Below are positions 47,341 through 59,207 of a stretch of DNA of 64,000 nucleotides, one piece after another (positions within the stretch are counted from its first letter, which is position 1; each line of letters starts with the position of its first letter). The DNA is from Alphaproteobacteria bacterium. GTDB lineage: Bacteria; Pseudomonadota; Alphaproteobacteria; GCA-2731375. The position numbers and the translations under genes were made by a program. The stretch lies in contig CBDDPY010000002.1 in assembly GCA_965232515.1 (NCBI GenBank), positions 4,288,001 through 4,352,000 of the forward strand, written 5' to 3'. A model generated the notes under the pieces. The model did no database searches. It saw nothing but the letters and a program-made list of their open reading frames with translations, and was not told where the DNA came from.

Positions 47341-48690
47341 TCAGGGGGCGAGGACGACGAGGTCGACCGGCGCGGCAGTGCCGGCGACGGCGGTGACGGG
47401 ACGGCATTCCGGCTCGTTGTCGGACCGGAAGCCCTGGGCGCGGGCGAGTTCGTAGGTGGTGGCGTCGGTGAGCGCGGTGACGCCCTGCACCTTGTTGGCG
47501 TCCTCGAGCTTGGCGGCCAGATTGACCGCGTCGCCGATGACGGTGAATTCGAGCCGGTCGGTATCGCCGACGGCGCCGAACAGCACCGGCCCGGCGGCGA
47601 CCGCGAAGCCGATATCCAGCGCCGTCTGACCGGCGGCGGCGCGTTCGGCGCGCCAGTCGGCCGCCGCCTGGCGCATCTCGGCGACCGCGGCGAGCGCGTC
47701 GGCGGCATAGGTCTCGGTCGGCAGGGCGGCGCCGAAAGTGGCGAGAATGCCGTCGCCCAGGAATTTGTCGACGGTGCCGCCGTGGCGCTGGATCACTGTC
47801 ACCATCCGCGACTGGTAGTCGGCCAGGAGCCGCATGAGGGCATTCGGCTCGCTGCGCATGGCGAGCGGCGTGAAGTTACGGATATCGCAGACCAGAATCG
47901 CCGCCTCGCGCATATCGCCCTCGCCCGGCTGGATCAGATGCTCGGAGCCGGTGATCTGCTCGGCGACCTCGGGCGAGAAGAAGCGCGACAGGTCGGTATG
48001 CGCGGCGCCCTCGACCACCGAGGCGACCAGCAGCTTGCGCGCGCGCACGATGGCGACGGCCAGGATCAATGTGGTCAACAGAATGGTGATGACCTTGTCG
48101 AACTCGGCCCCCAAAAGGACCTTGGACGCGGTCATGTATTCGATGTAGTTGCGGGTCACGCCCATGCCGTCTTCCGCCTCGAGCATGGCGTAGTAGACCA
48201 TGGCCAGCCAGCCGAACGCGGCGACGCCGCCGGCCAGCAGCACATAGCTGGGCGAAAAGCGCAATGCCCGCAGGGCGATGAAGATGAAGACGTAGAGCAG
48301 CGTCGGCGCCTTCAGATAGAAGGCCGCGGGCTGGGCGTATTGCAGGTGGAAGCTCCAGATCAGCCCCATCAGCAGGGTCATGTCCGCCACCACCGACAGC
48401 GACAGGAACCAGTTCTGCACGAAGCCCTGCCGCAGCAGGAAGATGCGCAGGACCGTGAAGCCGATGTAAAGCGCCAGTGCGACCGGCACCGGCGCGAAGG
48501 TCTCGTCGGCTGAGAAGGTCTTCGGCGCCACCGCGTAGAGCGCCGCCCAGGTCACGCCGACGACGAGCTGGGCCCAGCCGATCAGGCGCTCGCTCTCGAC
48601 CTGCTGGGTCTCGATGACGCGCTGCACCCGCTCCGGTAGCCGCCCCGTCTGGGGTTCGCCCGTGATGGCGATTTTCAACCTCTGCCACAT
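47341..48690 (-). CDS. Membrane-bound class III adenylate/guanylate cyclase
   Basis: N-terminal TMs; CDIRNFT, VDKFLGDG, EFTVIGDAVNLAAKLE (K and T specifiers suggest ATP). Confidence 0.92.
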   Translation of the reverse strand: MWQRLKIAITGEPQTGRLPERVQRVIETQQVESERLIGWAQLVVGVTWAALYAVAPKTFSADETFAPVPVALALYIGFTVLRIFLLRQGFVQNWFLSLSVVADMTLLMGLIWSFHLQYAQPAAFYLKAPTLLYVFIFIALRALRFSPSYVLLAGGVAAFGWLAMVYYAMLEAEDGMGVTRNYIEYMTASKVLLGAEFDKVITILLTTLILAVAIVRARKLLVASVVEGAAHTDLSRFFSPEVAEQITGSEHLIQPGEGDMREAAILVCDIRNFTPLAMRSEPNALMRLLADYQSRMVTVIQRHGGTVDKFLGDGILATFGAALPTETYAADALAAVAEMRQAAADWRAERAAAGQTALDIGFAVAAGPVLFGAVGDTDRLEFTVIGDAVNLAAKLEDANKVQGVTALTDATTYELARAQGFRSDNEPECRPVTAVAGTAAPVDLVVLAP

Positions 48691-48769
48691 GCGCCGGCCC
48701 CCTATCCCAGCTAACTAAGGTGCGCAGAAGCGGAGCGGCAAGTCACGCCCTATGACAAGGGTGTGAATG

Positions 48770-49633
48770 TCAGGTGACGGAACCTGAGATGGAAATTCCG
48801 CGTTTTTCAAGCCACAGGCTGGCGGCGCGGGCGCCCGGCTTGTGCGGCAATCCGGCCACCGCCGAGGCGGCGAGCCGGGCCGGCATGCGGGTCGTCACAT
48901 AATGGCTGGCGAACAGCGGCCGCCAGCCGCCGGCGCTCAACAGCGCGGCGACGGCGGTCTGCTCGTTATAGCCGCGCCAGGCCCAGTCGGCCGGATAATC
49001 GTCGGGCAGGAAGATGTCGTGGAACTGCACCGCAACGCCGGCCGGCAGCAGCGGCAGAATACGGGCCAGCACGTCGTCGACGTCGCTGCCGGGCATGGCG
49101 ATGTGGCTGGAATCAACCAGCAGTAGGTCGCCCGCGGCCAGATCCCGGAACGGTCCCTCGCCGGCCTCGGCCAATGTCTCGCGGCGCAGATCGATGTCGA
49201 GCCCCGCGAGCACGGCACGTGGCTGCGGGTCGATGGCGGTGATCGCCGTCGGCAGACCGCCGTCGGCGACGGCGCGGGCGGCGAAGCGGGTGGAATGGCC
49301 CGAGCCGATTTCAATGATGCGGGCCGGCCGGCGTCCGCGGACCAGGGCATAGAGCGCGGCGGCATCGAGCGGCGGAAACCAGTCCTGGTCCCAGCGCGGC
49401 GCGGGGGGCGCGGCGCCGCCGATGGCGTTCAGGTCGTCGGCGAGGCGGTCGATCTCGTCCAGCAATGCCTCGAACACCGCGATCTCGCGGTCCAGCAATG
49501 CTTCCAGCGCGGCGTAAACCGGCCGCGCGCCCGGCCCCGGCAGGCGGGCGGCATAGCGGTAGGGGATGAAAAAGCCCTGGGGTGCGACACCGAGAACCGT
49601 CGCGAGCCCCATGCGCAGACGACGAAGCTTCAT
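48770..49633 (-). CDS. Class I SAM methyltransferase (Methyltransf_24-like)
   Basis: IIEIGSGHST, AIDPQPR, VDSSH, FHDIFLP, YNEQ. Confidence 0.85.
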   Translation of the reverse strand: MKLRRLRMGLATVLGVAPQGFFIPYRYAARLPGPGARPVYAALEALLDREIAVFEALLDEIDRLADDLNAIGGAAPPAPRWDQDWFPPLDAAALYALVRGRRPARIIEIGSGHSTRFAARAVADGGLPTAITAIDPQPRAVLAGLDIDLRRETLAEAGEGPFRDLAAGDLLLVDSSHIAMPGSDVDDVLARILPLLPAGVAVQFHDIFLPDDYPADWAWRGYNEQTAVAALLSAGGWRPLFASHYVTTRMPARLAASAVAGLPHKPGARAASLWLEKRGISISGSVT

Positions 49634-49713
49634 GGCGCCCGAGGGTTACGCGAGCGCGGCTTGGTTGTCATGCGGGAATTTGGCGACGGTCCTGCGACGC
49701 CGGCGAGGCTGCC

Positions 49714-49803
49714 CTGGATCACCGGGTCGAGCCCAGTGATGACGGCGTGGTGCAGGTTGCATGTCTCAACCTCGTCATGGCCGGGCTTGACCCAGCCATC
49801 CAG
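49714..49803. repeat. Family B palindromic repeat, halves in outward arrangement
   Basis: CTGGATCACCGGGTCGAGCCCAGTGATGACG ... CGTCATGGCCGGGCTTGACCCAGCCATCCAG. Confidence 0.8.
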
Positions 49804-49824
49804 GGACATCGTTGCGTACGTCGC

Positions 49825-50586
49825 CTAGGACGACGAGCCGAAGACGCGTTTCAGGATGTCGGTGGTGCGGGCGGCGGGATTGGCGCGGATCGCGGCCTCT
49901 TCCTGGGCGACATAGTGGAAGATGCCGTCCATGCCCTTGTCGAGCACGTGGTTGGTGAGGTCGGCCTTGACGTCGGGCACCAACGGCACCGATCGGTACT
50001 GCCCCATCAAATTGTCGTAGGCCTTGATCGCGCCGACCTCGGCCAGGCTGTCGTCGACGATCGGCCGCATGGCGTCTGCCAGCGGCGCCGACATCTTGGA
50101 TTCGAAATAGCGCGTCGCCGCGTCCGCCGGCCCGTCGTAGATCGCCTTCGCGTCGTCGAGCGTCATCTCCGAGATCGCCTGCACGAACAGTTCCTGCGCC
50201 TGCGGCGTCGCCGCCTCGGCCGCGCGGTTCAATCGGGTCTCGAGATCGTCCAGCATGCCCGACATGCCGAGCGGCTGCAGCGTCGAGCGCACGGTCTGCA
50301 TGGACTCCGGCAGCGGAATGCGGATGGTGGAATCGGCGTTGAAGCCGTCGGTCTTGCCGAGCTGGCTGACGACCCGCTCGGTGCCGACCCGCAGCGCCTC
50401 CTTCAGGCCGGCCGTCAATTCATCGGTGCCGAGCGCGCCCGCCGCGGCGCCGGCGGCGCTGTCGCCACCGCCCTTGCCGATATTCCCGAGGAGATCCTTC
50501 CCCTTCTGGAGCCAGTCGGTTTGGGCAGCCGCGGCGCCAGCGAAAAGCAGCAGCGATGCGGCCAAAACGATACGAAATCCCGGCAT
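49825..50586 (-). CDS. DUF4197 family exported protein
   Basis: Signal peptide, GLKEAL..G, LNRAAE.A, A.EE..IR.NP..RTT.IL.RVF. Confidence 0.85.
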   Translation of the reverse strand: MPGFRIVLAASLLLFAGAAAAQTDWLQKGKDLLGNIGKGGGDSAAGAAAGALGTDELTAGLKEALRVGTERVVSQLGKTDGFNADSTIRIPLPESMQTVRSTLQPLGMSGMLDDLETRLNRAAEAATPQAQELFVQAISEMTLDDAKAIYDGPADAATRYFESKMSAPLADAMRPIVDDSLAEVGAIKAYDNLMGQYRSVPLVPDVKADLTNHVLDKGMDGIFHYVAQEEAAIRANPAARTTDILKRVFGSSS

Positions 50587-50591
50587 AAGAC

Positions 50592-51449
50592 CTATGGTCT
50601 TAGCACCATTCCTTCGCGGGCGACAACGGAACCGGGGCGCGCCGCCGTGACATCTCGGTGAACCTGGTCCATGAAGTCGTCGTCGTGGTCGGGATCGTGA
50701 TGGAAGACCACGAAGGTCTTGACGCCGGCGGCGTCGCAGAGCCTTGCGCCGGCCTGCCAGGTCGAGTGGCCCCAGCCGACGCGGCTGGCATACTCGTCAT
50801 CGGTGTACATGCTGTCGTAGATGGCGAGGTCGGCGCCCTTGATCAGACTGACGATGTTCTCGTCCACCCGGTCGGCGAAGTGCTCGGTGTCGGTGAGGTA
50901 GCAGATCGACTTGCCAGCGAATTCGATACGGTAGCCGGTGGCGCCGTTGGGATGGTTCAGCGGCGTCGAGCGAATGGTCACGCCGGGCGCCGGGCGCAGC
51001 GTGTCGCCGGCGCGGAAATCGCGGAACTCGAGCGAGGACTGAAAGACCTCGGGCGGTACGGGAAACAGCGGCGCCATCATCAGCTCGACCAGCACCTGCC
51101 TGAGCGTCAGCGCCGGCAGCAGATGCCCGGCCCACATGCGGAACTTGTTGCCGGTGGTGAAAAACGGCCGGAAGAACGGGATGCCGCAGATATGGTCGAA
51201 ATGGGTGTGGGTCAGAAAAACGTCCGCGTCGACCGGCTTACCCTCGTCGCAGAGGCGGTTGCCGAGATAGCGGATGCCGGTGCCGGCGTCGAATATGAAC
51301 ATGCGATCGCCGCAGACGATCTCGAGGCAGGACGTGTTGCCGCCGTAGCGGATGGTCTTGGGGTCGGAAACCGAAATGCTGCCGCGCACGCCCCAGAAGC
51401 GCACGAAGAAGTCGGTCGTTTTGTTGGACTTCGAGGTCTCGGTCCCCAT
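50592..51449 (-). CDS. MBL-fold metallo-hydrolase (phosphodiesterase-like)
   Basis: FWGVRGS, YGGNTSC, DAGTG, THTHFDH, TDTEH, WGHS, FHHDP. Confidence 0.9.
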   Translation of the reverse strand: MGTETSKSNKTTDFFVRFWGVRGSISVSDPKTIRYGGNTSCLEIVCGDRMFIFDAGTGIRYLGNRLCDEGKPVDADVFLTHTHFDHICGIPFFRPFFTTGNKFRMWAGHLLPALTLRQVLVELMMAPLFPVPPEVFQSSLEFRDFRAGDTLRPAPGVTIRSTPLNHPNGATGYRIEFAGKSICYLTDTEHFADRVDENIVSLIKGADLAIYDSMYTDDEYASRVGWGHSTWQAGARLCDAAGVKTFVVFHHDPDHDDDFMDQVHRDVTAARPGSVVAREGMVLRP

Positions 51450-51718
51450 GCGTCCCCGTCCTACTGACGGGCGTATTGTGCCCGACCGTCTACCACAGTG
51501 AAAGGGCGCGGACCGACGGCCCATCGTAACGGTCGCCGTCGCAACAGCCCCCCTTCCTTATATTAGGATTTGTCACAAAAGGGGTTCGGATCAAGATATA
51601 TCGATCCGGAACAGGTTCGCCGGCAAGACATCGGATCGCGCCGCCACGAACGGCAGGCACGTTCGGAATACCTCTCGAAATGGCGGGAAACCGCGGCGCG
51701 CGGCAGAACCCAATGCCG

Positions 51719-52405
51719 TCAGGGCGCCAGCCGGTAGCCGCCGGACTCGGTTACCAACAGTTCGGCGTTCGACGGATCGGCCTCGATCTTCTGCCGCAGG
51801 CGGTAGATATGCGTTTCCAACGTATGCGTGGTGACGCCAGCGTTATAGCCCCAGACTTCATTCAGCAACACGTCGCGCGAGACGGTCTTGTCGCCGGCCC
51901 GGTAGAGGTATTTCAGGATCGAGGTTTCCTTCTCGGTCAGCCGGACCTTCTGGTTGTTCTCGTTGTGCAGCAGCAGCTTGGCGCTGGGCCGGAAGGTGTA
52001 GGGACCGATCGCGAATACGGCGTCCTCGCTCTGCTCGTGCTGGCGCAGCTGCGCGCGCACGCGGGCCAGCAGCACGGCGAACTTGAATGGCTTGGTGACG
52101 TAATCGTTGGCGCCGGATTCCAGGCCGAGGATGGTATCGGCGTCGCTGCCGGCGGCCGTCAGCATGATGATCGGGCATTTCACGCCGTTGCGGCGCATCA
52201 TCTTGCAGGCTTCGCGGCCATCGATGTCCGGCAGGCCGACATCGAGCAGAATCAGGTCGAAGTGATCGCCTTTCACGCTTTCCAGCGCCTGGGCGCCGGA
52301 TTCGGCCTGCTGCGTGGTGAACTCGTCGTGCAGCTCCAACTGCTCGGCCAGCGACTCGCGCAGCGGCGCCTCATCGTCGACCAACAAGATTTTCTTCGCT
52401 GTCAT
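51719..52405 (-). CDS. cenR: OmpR-family response regulator CenR/OtpR (cell envelope regulator)
   Basis: GANDYVTKPFKFAVLLARVRAQLRQHEQSEDA, LTEKETSILKYLYRAG, VWGYNAGVTTHTLETHIYRLRQKIE, recognised as the alphaproteobacterial CenR signature. Confidence 0.88.
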   Translation of the reverse strand: MTAKKILLVDDEAPLRESLAEQLELHDEFTTQQAESGAQALESVKGDHFDLILLDVGLPDIDGREACKMMRRNGVKCPIIMLTAAGSDADTILGLESGANDYVTKPFKFAVLLARVRAQLRQHEQSEDAVFAIGPYTFRPSAKLLLHNENNQKVRLTEKETSILKYLYRAGDKTVSRDVLLNEVWGYNAGVTTHTLETHIYRLRQKIEADPSNAELLVTESGGYRLAP

Positions 52406-52507
52406 GACAGTCCCCATCCTTTCGCGCATATGTTGCGGTACCCGACTCGCGAAAGCGCAATATCATATAGGCGGCAACCCGATCACGCACAAGCGGCGGC
52501 GGTCGTG

Positions 52508-53434
52508 TCAACCCGGCACGAGCGCCGCCGGGGCCAGCGCCCCGTCCGGTTCGGCCAGGTGATCGACCACCGAAAAATGATTGCGGCCGGGCGCGTCGAC
52601 GATGCGCGGCGCGGCGCCAGCCGTCGTCCAGGCGGCGGCAAATTCCGCCTGCTGGCGGTGAAATTCCGGCGTTTCCAGGCCACCCGCGCAGAGCGCCAGC
52701 GGCGGCAGCGGGTCGGCGCCCGGCGGGCGCTGCCGCAGCAGTCCAAGCGGACTGTTGCGGCCGGCGCTGTCGGGCGTCAGGCCGATGACGTCGTTCAGAT
52801 AGCAGAGCCGGATGGGTTCGAGATCGTAGAGTCCGCTGATCGCCAACCCGCCCGCGAGCGGGCGCGGCGGCAGGTCCGACGCGAAGGCCGCCCAGTCTGT
52901 CAAAAGAGCCATCGCCGTCAGATGACCGCCGGCGGAATGGCCGGACACGGTCAGACGTTCGGGATCGGCGCCGATGGCGGCGGCCTGGCGCCAGGCCCAG
53001 GCGACCGCGTTCCGCACCTGGCGCACGATCTCGTCCATGTCGACGGCCGGCGCCAGCGCATAGTCGATGACGGCGAGATGCGCGCCCCGCGGCACGATGC
53101 CGTCGGCGATGTAGCCGAAATGGTCCTTGTCCATGGCCTGCCAGTAGCCGCCATGAATGAAGATATGCAGCGGCGCCGGACGCCCGTCAGCCGGATCGGC
53201 CCGAAACAGGTCCAGCTTCTGCTCGGCCGTGTCGCCATAGACCACGTCGATTTCGACGTCGTGCGTCTCGCGCGCCCTGGCGCTGGCGGCGGCCCAGCGT
53301 TCGACGAACGCCGGATAGTCGGGCACGGCCGCGCGCATGTTGTACTGCGCGTCCAACCCGGCCTGATCGTAATCGCGATACAACACGCCTTTGCCGCTCC
53401 CCTGCGTCTCCCCGACGGCACTGTCCGCGATCAT
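52508..53434 (-). CDS. Alpha/beta hydrolase (kynurenine formamidase/arylformamidase-like)
   Basis: LDAQYN.RAAVPD, FIHGGYWQ, GHSAGGHL, SGLYDL, NHF. Confidence 0.87.
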   Translation of the reverse strand: MIADSAVGETQGSGKGVLYRDYDQAGLDAQYNMRAAVPDYPAFVERWAAASARARETHDVEIDVVYGDTAEQKLDLFRADPADGRPAPLHIFIHGGYWQAMDKDHFGYIADGIVPRGAHLAVIDYALAPAVDMDEIVRQVRNAVAWAWRQAAAIGADPERLTVSGHSAGGHLTAMALLTDWAAFASDLPPRPLAGGLAISGLYDLEPIRLCYLNDVIGLTPDSAGRNSPLGLLRQRPPGADPLPPLALCAGGLETPEFHRQQAEFAAAWTTAGAAPRIVDAPGRNHFSVVDHLAEPDGALAPAALVPG

Positions 53435-53630
53435 GACAGGCGTCCGGCGTTCGGTCCATGACCGGCGCGGCATTCGCATATATCCGGACGAACGACCGTT
53501 TTCAGGCCAAATTCTTGCTGCATCGCAATACGGGATTTGCCGAGCAGGGCAATCCCCGCTTATGCTTCCGATGACGGATCGATGAACGTCGGTTCGCATA
53601 AGCAAAAACAACAGCCACAGGAGAGGTCCG

Positions 53631-55157
53631 ATGATGATACGGACAGTTACTGCCGGCACGCTCGCGGCGGCCATCGGCCTTGGCGCCGCCGTCGCGCATG
53701 CCGGCAAGGATGACGATACGCTGACCATCGCGTGGGGCTCGACCGGCCCCATCGAGAATGTCGACAACTACTTCAACACCAACCGCACCGGCATCTGGTT
53801 CTCGCGCATGGTCTGGGACCAGCTGGTCTATCGCGACGAGAAGACCTTCGAGTTCAAGGGGCTGCTGGCCGAGAGCTGGGAGTACCTGAACGACACGACG
53901 CTGCGCTTCAAGCTGCGCCAGGGCGTGAAGTTCCACAACGGTGAGCCGTTCGACGCCGACGACGTGGTATTCACGCTGAACTGGATCTCCGATCCGGACA
54001 ACGGCGTGAAGGTCCAGCGCAACGTCAACTGGATCAAGAACGCCGAGAAGGTCGACCAGTACACGGTCGATCTGCACATGAAGAAGCCGTTCCCGCAGGC
54101 GTTCGAATTCCTGTCGGGCCCGCTGACGATCTATCCGAACGAGTACTACGCCAAGGTCGGCCCGGACGGCATGGGCAAGAAGCCGGTCGGCACCGGTCCC
54201 TACTCGGTGGTCAGCGTGAAGCAGGCCGAGGAATACGTCTTCAAACGCAACGACGACTATAACTGGGGCAGCCCGAAGGGCGCCGGCAAGATCGAAAACA
54301 TCGTCGTACGCGAGATCGCCGACGTGCAGACGCAGATCGCCGAGCTGCTGGCCGGCGGCATCGACTTCACGGCCGACATTTCGGCCGACCATGTCGAGCA
54401 GATCGCGACCGTGCCGGGCTTCGAGGCGCTGCAGGCCGAGACCATGCGGACAGGCTATATCGGCTTTGACGCGGCCGGACGGTCCGGCTTCAAGCCGACC
54501 ACCGACGTGCGCGTGCGCCGGGCCATGGCGCATGCCATCAACCGCGAATCCCTGGTCAAGAACCTGATCCGGGGCGATTCCAAGGTGATCCACACGCCGT
54601 GCTTCCCGACCCAGTTCGGCTGCGATGTGAACGCCGCGGTGAAATACGAGTTCGATCCGTCGAAGGCCAAGGCGCTGCTGGCGGAAGCGGGCTATGCCGA
54701 CGGTTTCGAGATCGACCTCTACTCGTTCCGTCCCGCCGACTGGAACGAGGCGGTGATGGGCGACCTGGCCAAGGTCGGCATCAAGGTCAACTTCACCAAG
54801 ATGCCCTACTTCGCGCTGCGCGACCTGCAGTGGGAAGGCAAGACGCCGATGTATTTCATGGACTGGGGTTCCTACTCCATGAACGACATGTCGGCGATCA
54901 CCAGCCACTTCTTCAAGCACGGGCCGGACGACTACGCGCTGGACCCCGACCTGAAGCAATGGTTGGAGACCGGCGACACCAACGTCGATCCGGCGGTCCG
55001 CAAGGAGAACTATTCGAAGGCGATCGCCAAGATCACCGACGAGGTCTACTGGCTGCCGATGTTCTCGCACGTGCGCAACTATGCCTACGTGGCGAGCCTC
55101 GACTTCACGCCTTATCCCGACGAGATCCCGCGTTTCTTCCGCTACGGCTGGAAGTGA
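53631..55157 (+). CDS. ABC substrate-binding protein family 5 (Dpp-like)
   Basis: Signal peptide, LAESW, LRQGVKFHNGE, PVGTGPY, VRRAMAHAINR. Confidence 0.92.
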   Translation: MMIRTVTAGTLAAAIGLGAAVAHAGKDDDTLTIAWGSTGPIENVDNYFNTNRTGIWFSRMVWDQLVYRDEKTFEFKGLLAESWEYLNDTTLRFKLRQGVKFHNGEPFDADDVVFTLNWISDPDNGVKVQRNVNWIKNAEKVDQYTVDLHMKKPFPQAFEFLSGPLTIYPNEYYAKVGPDGMGKKPVGTGPYSVVSVKQAEEYVFKRNDDYNWGSPKGAGKIENIVVREIADVQTQIAELLAGGIDFTADISADHVEQIATVPGFEALQAETMRTGYIGFDAAGRSGFKPTTDVRVRRAMAHAINRESLVKNLIRGDSKVIHTPCFPTQFGCDVNAAVKYEFDPSKAKALLAEAGYADGFEIDLYSFRPADWNEAVMGDLAKVGIKVNFTKMPYFALRDLQWEGKTPMYFMDWGSYSMNDMSAITSHFFKHGPDDYALDPDLKQWLETGDTNVDPAVRKENYSKAIAKITDEVYWLPMFSHVRNYAYVASLDFTPYPDEIPRFFRYGWK

Positions 55158-55177
55158 TCCGTCGGACCTGACAACGG

Positions 55178-55209
55178 CGGGGACGGCCGCATTGCCGCGG
55201 CCGTCCCCG
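55178..55209 (+). terminator. 13-bp stem-loop after the SBP gene (mRNA stabiliser/attenuating hairpin)
   Basis: CGGGGACGGCCGC-ATTGCC-GCGGCCGTCCCCG, no U-tract. Confidence 0.55.
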
Positions 55210-55229
55210 ACCGCCCATAGGTTGGGGTA

Positions 55230-56147
55230 ATGCTGACTTACACGTTGAAGCGCCTGTTCGTGGCGCTGTTGATTCTGATCGTCGTGTCGGCGCTGACCTT
55301 CAGCATGTCGCATCTGGCGAGCGACCCGGCGATGGCGATCGCCGGCGAAACGGCCAGCGCCGAGGACATCCAGGAAATCCGCCGGATCTACGGCTTCGAC
55401 CAGCCGATCTGGTACCAGTACATGGCCTGGGCCGGGAAGGCGCTGACCGGCGACTTCGGCACCTCGTACCATTACCGCGAGCAGGTCTCGGCTATGCTGG
55501 CCCTGCGATTTCCGACGACGCTGACGCTGGGTATCTGCGCGCTCGCCTTCGCGCTGGTGCTGTCGATCCCGATGGGCGTGCTGGCGGCGATCCGGCCGAA
55601 CTCGCTGATCGACCGGGCGGCCTTGTTTATCGCCGTGCTGGGCCAGGCGCTGCCGACCTTCTGGTTCGCGCTGATGCTGATGATCCTGTTCGGCGTGCAG
55701 CTGCGCTGGCTGCCGATCTCGGGCAACACGACCTGGGCGCATTTCGTCATGCCGGCGATCGCCCTCGGCTATTACTCGACGCCGGCGCTGATGCGGCTGA
55801 CGCGCGCCGGCATGATCGAGGTGCTGAATTCCGATTACATCCGCACGGCTCGGGCCAAGGGTCTCAGGCCGCCGACGGTGATGTTCAAGCACGCGCTGAG
55901 GAACGCCATCCTGCCGGTGGTCTCGCTGACGGCGGTGCAGTTCGGCTTCGCGCTGGGCGGCTCGATCGTGATCGAGACGATTTTTAACCTGAAGGGCATC
56001 GGCTGGCTGAGCTATGACGCGATCCTGCGCGCCGACTTGCCGGTGGTGCAGGCGATCGTGCTGGTCATCGCCTGTTTCTACGTTGTGCTGACGCTGGCGG
56101 CGGATCTGCTGAACGCTGCGCTGGACCCGCGCATCCGGGTGCGCTGA
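55230..56147 (+). CDS. ABC permease (DppB-like)
   Basis: GDFGTS, DYIRTARAKGL, HALRNA, LDPRIR. Confidence 0.92.
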   Translation: MLTYTLKRLFVALLILIVVSALTFSMSHLASDPAMAIAGETASAEDIQEIRRIYGFDQPIWYQYMAWAGKALTGDFGTSYHYREQVSAMLALRFPTTLTLGICALAFALVLSIPMGVLAAIRPNSLIDRAALFIAVLGQALPTFWFALMLMILFGVQLRWLPISGNTTWAHFVMPAIALGYYSTPALMRLTRAGMIEVLNSDYIRTARAKGLRPPTVMFKHALRNAILPVVSLTAVQFGFALGGSIVIETIFNLKGIGWLSYDAILRADLPVVQAIVLVIACFYVVLTLAADLLNAALDPRIRVR

Positions 56148-56157
56148 GGAGAACATC

Positions 56158-57072
56158 ATGGTCGCGATCGACAACCGCAGCGCCGAACAGATCCTCGAGC
56201 CCTCGCCGCTGGCCAAGCTGCGGCGGCGCATCTTCGGCCATTACAGCTTTCTGTTCGGGGCCGGGGTCATCATCCTGATGATTCTGGTGGCGCTGGCGGC
56301 GCCACTGCTGGCGCCGCACGATCCCTATTACACCGACCTGTCGAAGCGCATCCAGATGCCGTTCTGGCACGCCGACACGACACCGGAGAAATACGACCCC
56401 GATCATCTGCTGGGCACCGACAAGGTCGGCCGCGACTATCTCTCGCGGCTGATCTACGGCGCGCAGGTATCGCTGCTGATCGGCTTCTCGGCGATGATCA
56501 TCTCCGGCGTCATCGGCACCACGCTGGGCGTGATCGCCGGCTATTTCGGCGGCCGTGTCGACCTGGTCATCAACTTCATCATCAATGTGCGCCTGGCCCT
56601 GCCAGTATTCCTGGTGGCGCTGTCGGTCGGCTTCGTGTTCGGGGCCAGCCTGGAGATCGTGATCCTGGTGCTGGGCCTGTTCCTGTGGGACCGGTTCGCC
56701 GTGGTCATGCGAAGTATCACCATGCAGGCGCGCGAGATGGACTATGTCAACGCCGCGCGCGCCATCGGCGTCTCGACGCCGACGATCATCGTCAAGGAAG
56801 TGTTCCCGAACGTCCTGAACTCTCTGACCGTGGTGGCGACGGTGGAGATGGCGAACGCCATCCTGCTGGAAGCGGCGCTGTCGTTCCTGGGCTTCGGCGT
56901 ACAGGCGCCGGAACCGTCCTGGGGCCTGATGCTGAACGAGGCGCGGGAATACATGTTCTTCCATCCCTGGCTGCTGACGCTGCCGGGGCTGGCGCTGTTC
57001 CTGCTGGTGCTGGCGATCAACCTGTTCGGCGACGGCCTGCGCGACGTGACGCAGGCGCGCGAGCGGGCCTGA
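56158..57072 (+). CDS. ABC permease (DppC-like)
   Basis: LLGTDKVGRD, EAALSFLG, PSWG, GDGLRD. Confidence 0.92.
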   Translation: MVAIDNRSAEQILEPSPLAKLRRRIFGHYSFLFGAGVIILMILVALAAPLLAPHDPYYTDLSKRIQMPFWHADTTPEKYDPDHLLGTDKVGRDYLSRLIYGAQVSLLIGFSAMIISGVIGTTLGVIAGYFGGRVDLVINFIINVRLALPVFLVALSVGFVFGASLEIVILVLGLFLWDRFAVVMRSITMQAREMDYVNAARAIGVSTPTIIVKEVFPNVLNSLTVVATVEMANAILLEAALSFLGFGVQAPEPSWGLMLNEAREYMFFHPWLLTLPGLALFLLVLAINLFGDGLRDVTQARERA

Positions 57073-57091
57073 GCGGGGGAGGCGGCAACAC

Positions 57092-59134
<2,043 letters not shown>

Positions 59135-59207
59135 TTCACCCGGGATTTGCCCGGCGGCGGTATAATCGCCTATGTCTGAGAGTCATTCCGCCACCTGACA
59201 GGTCGTT

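Noticed and set aside
51571-51577. TGTCACA (ECF41-like -35 element)
   Set aside because: No CGTC -10 at the required spacing, and it faces no gene start on that strand
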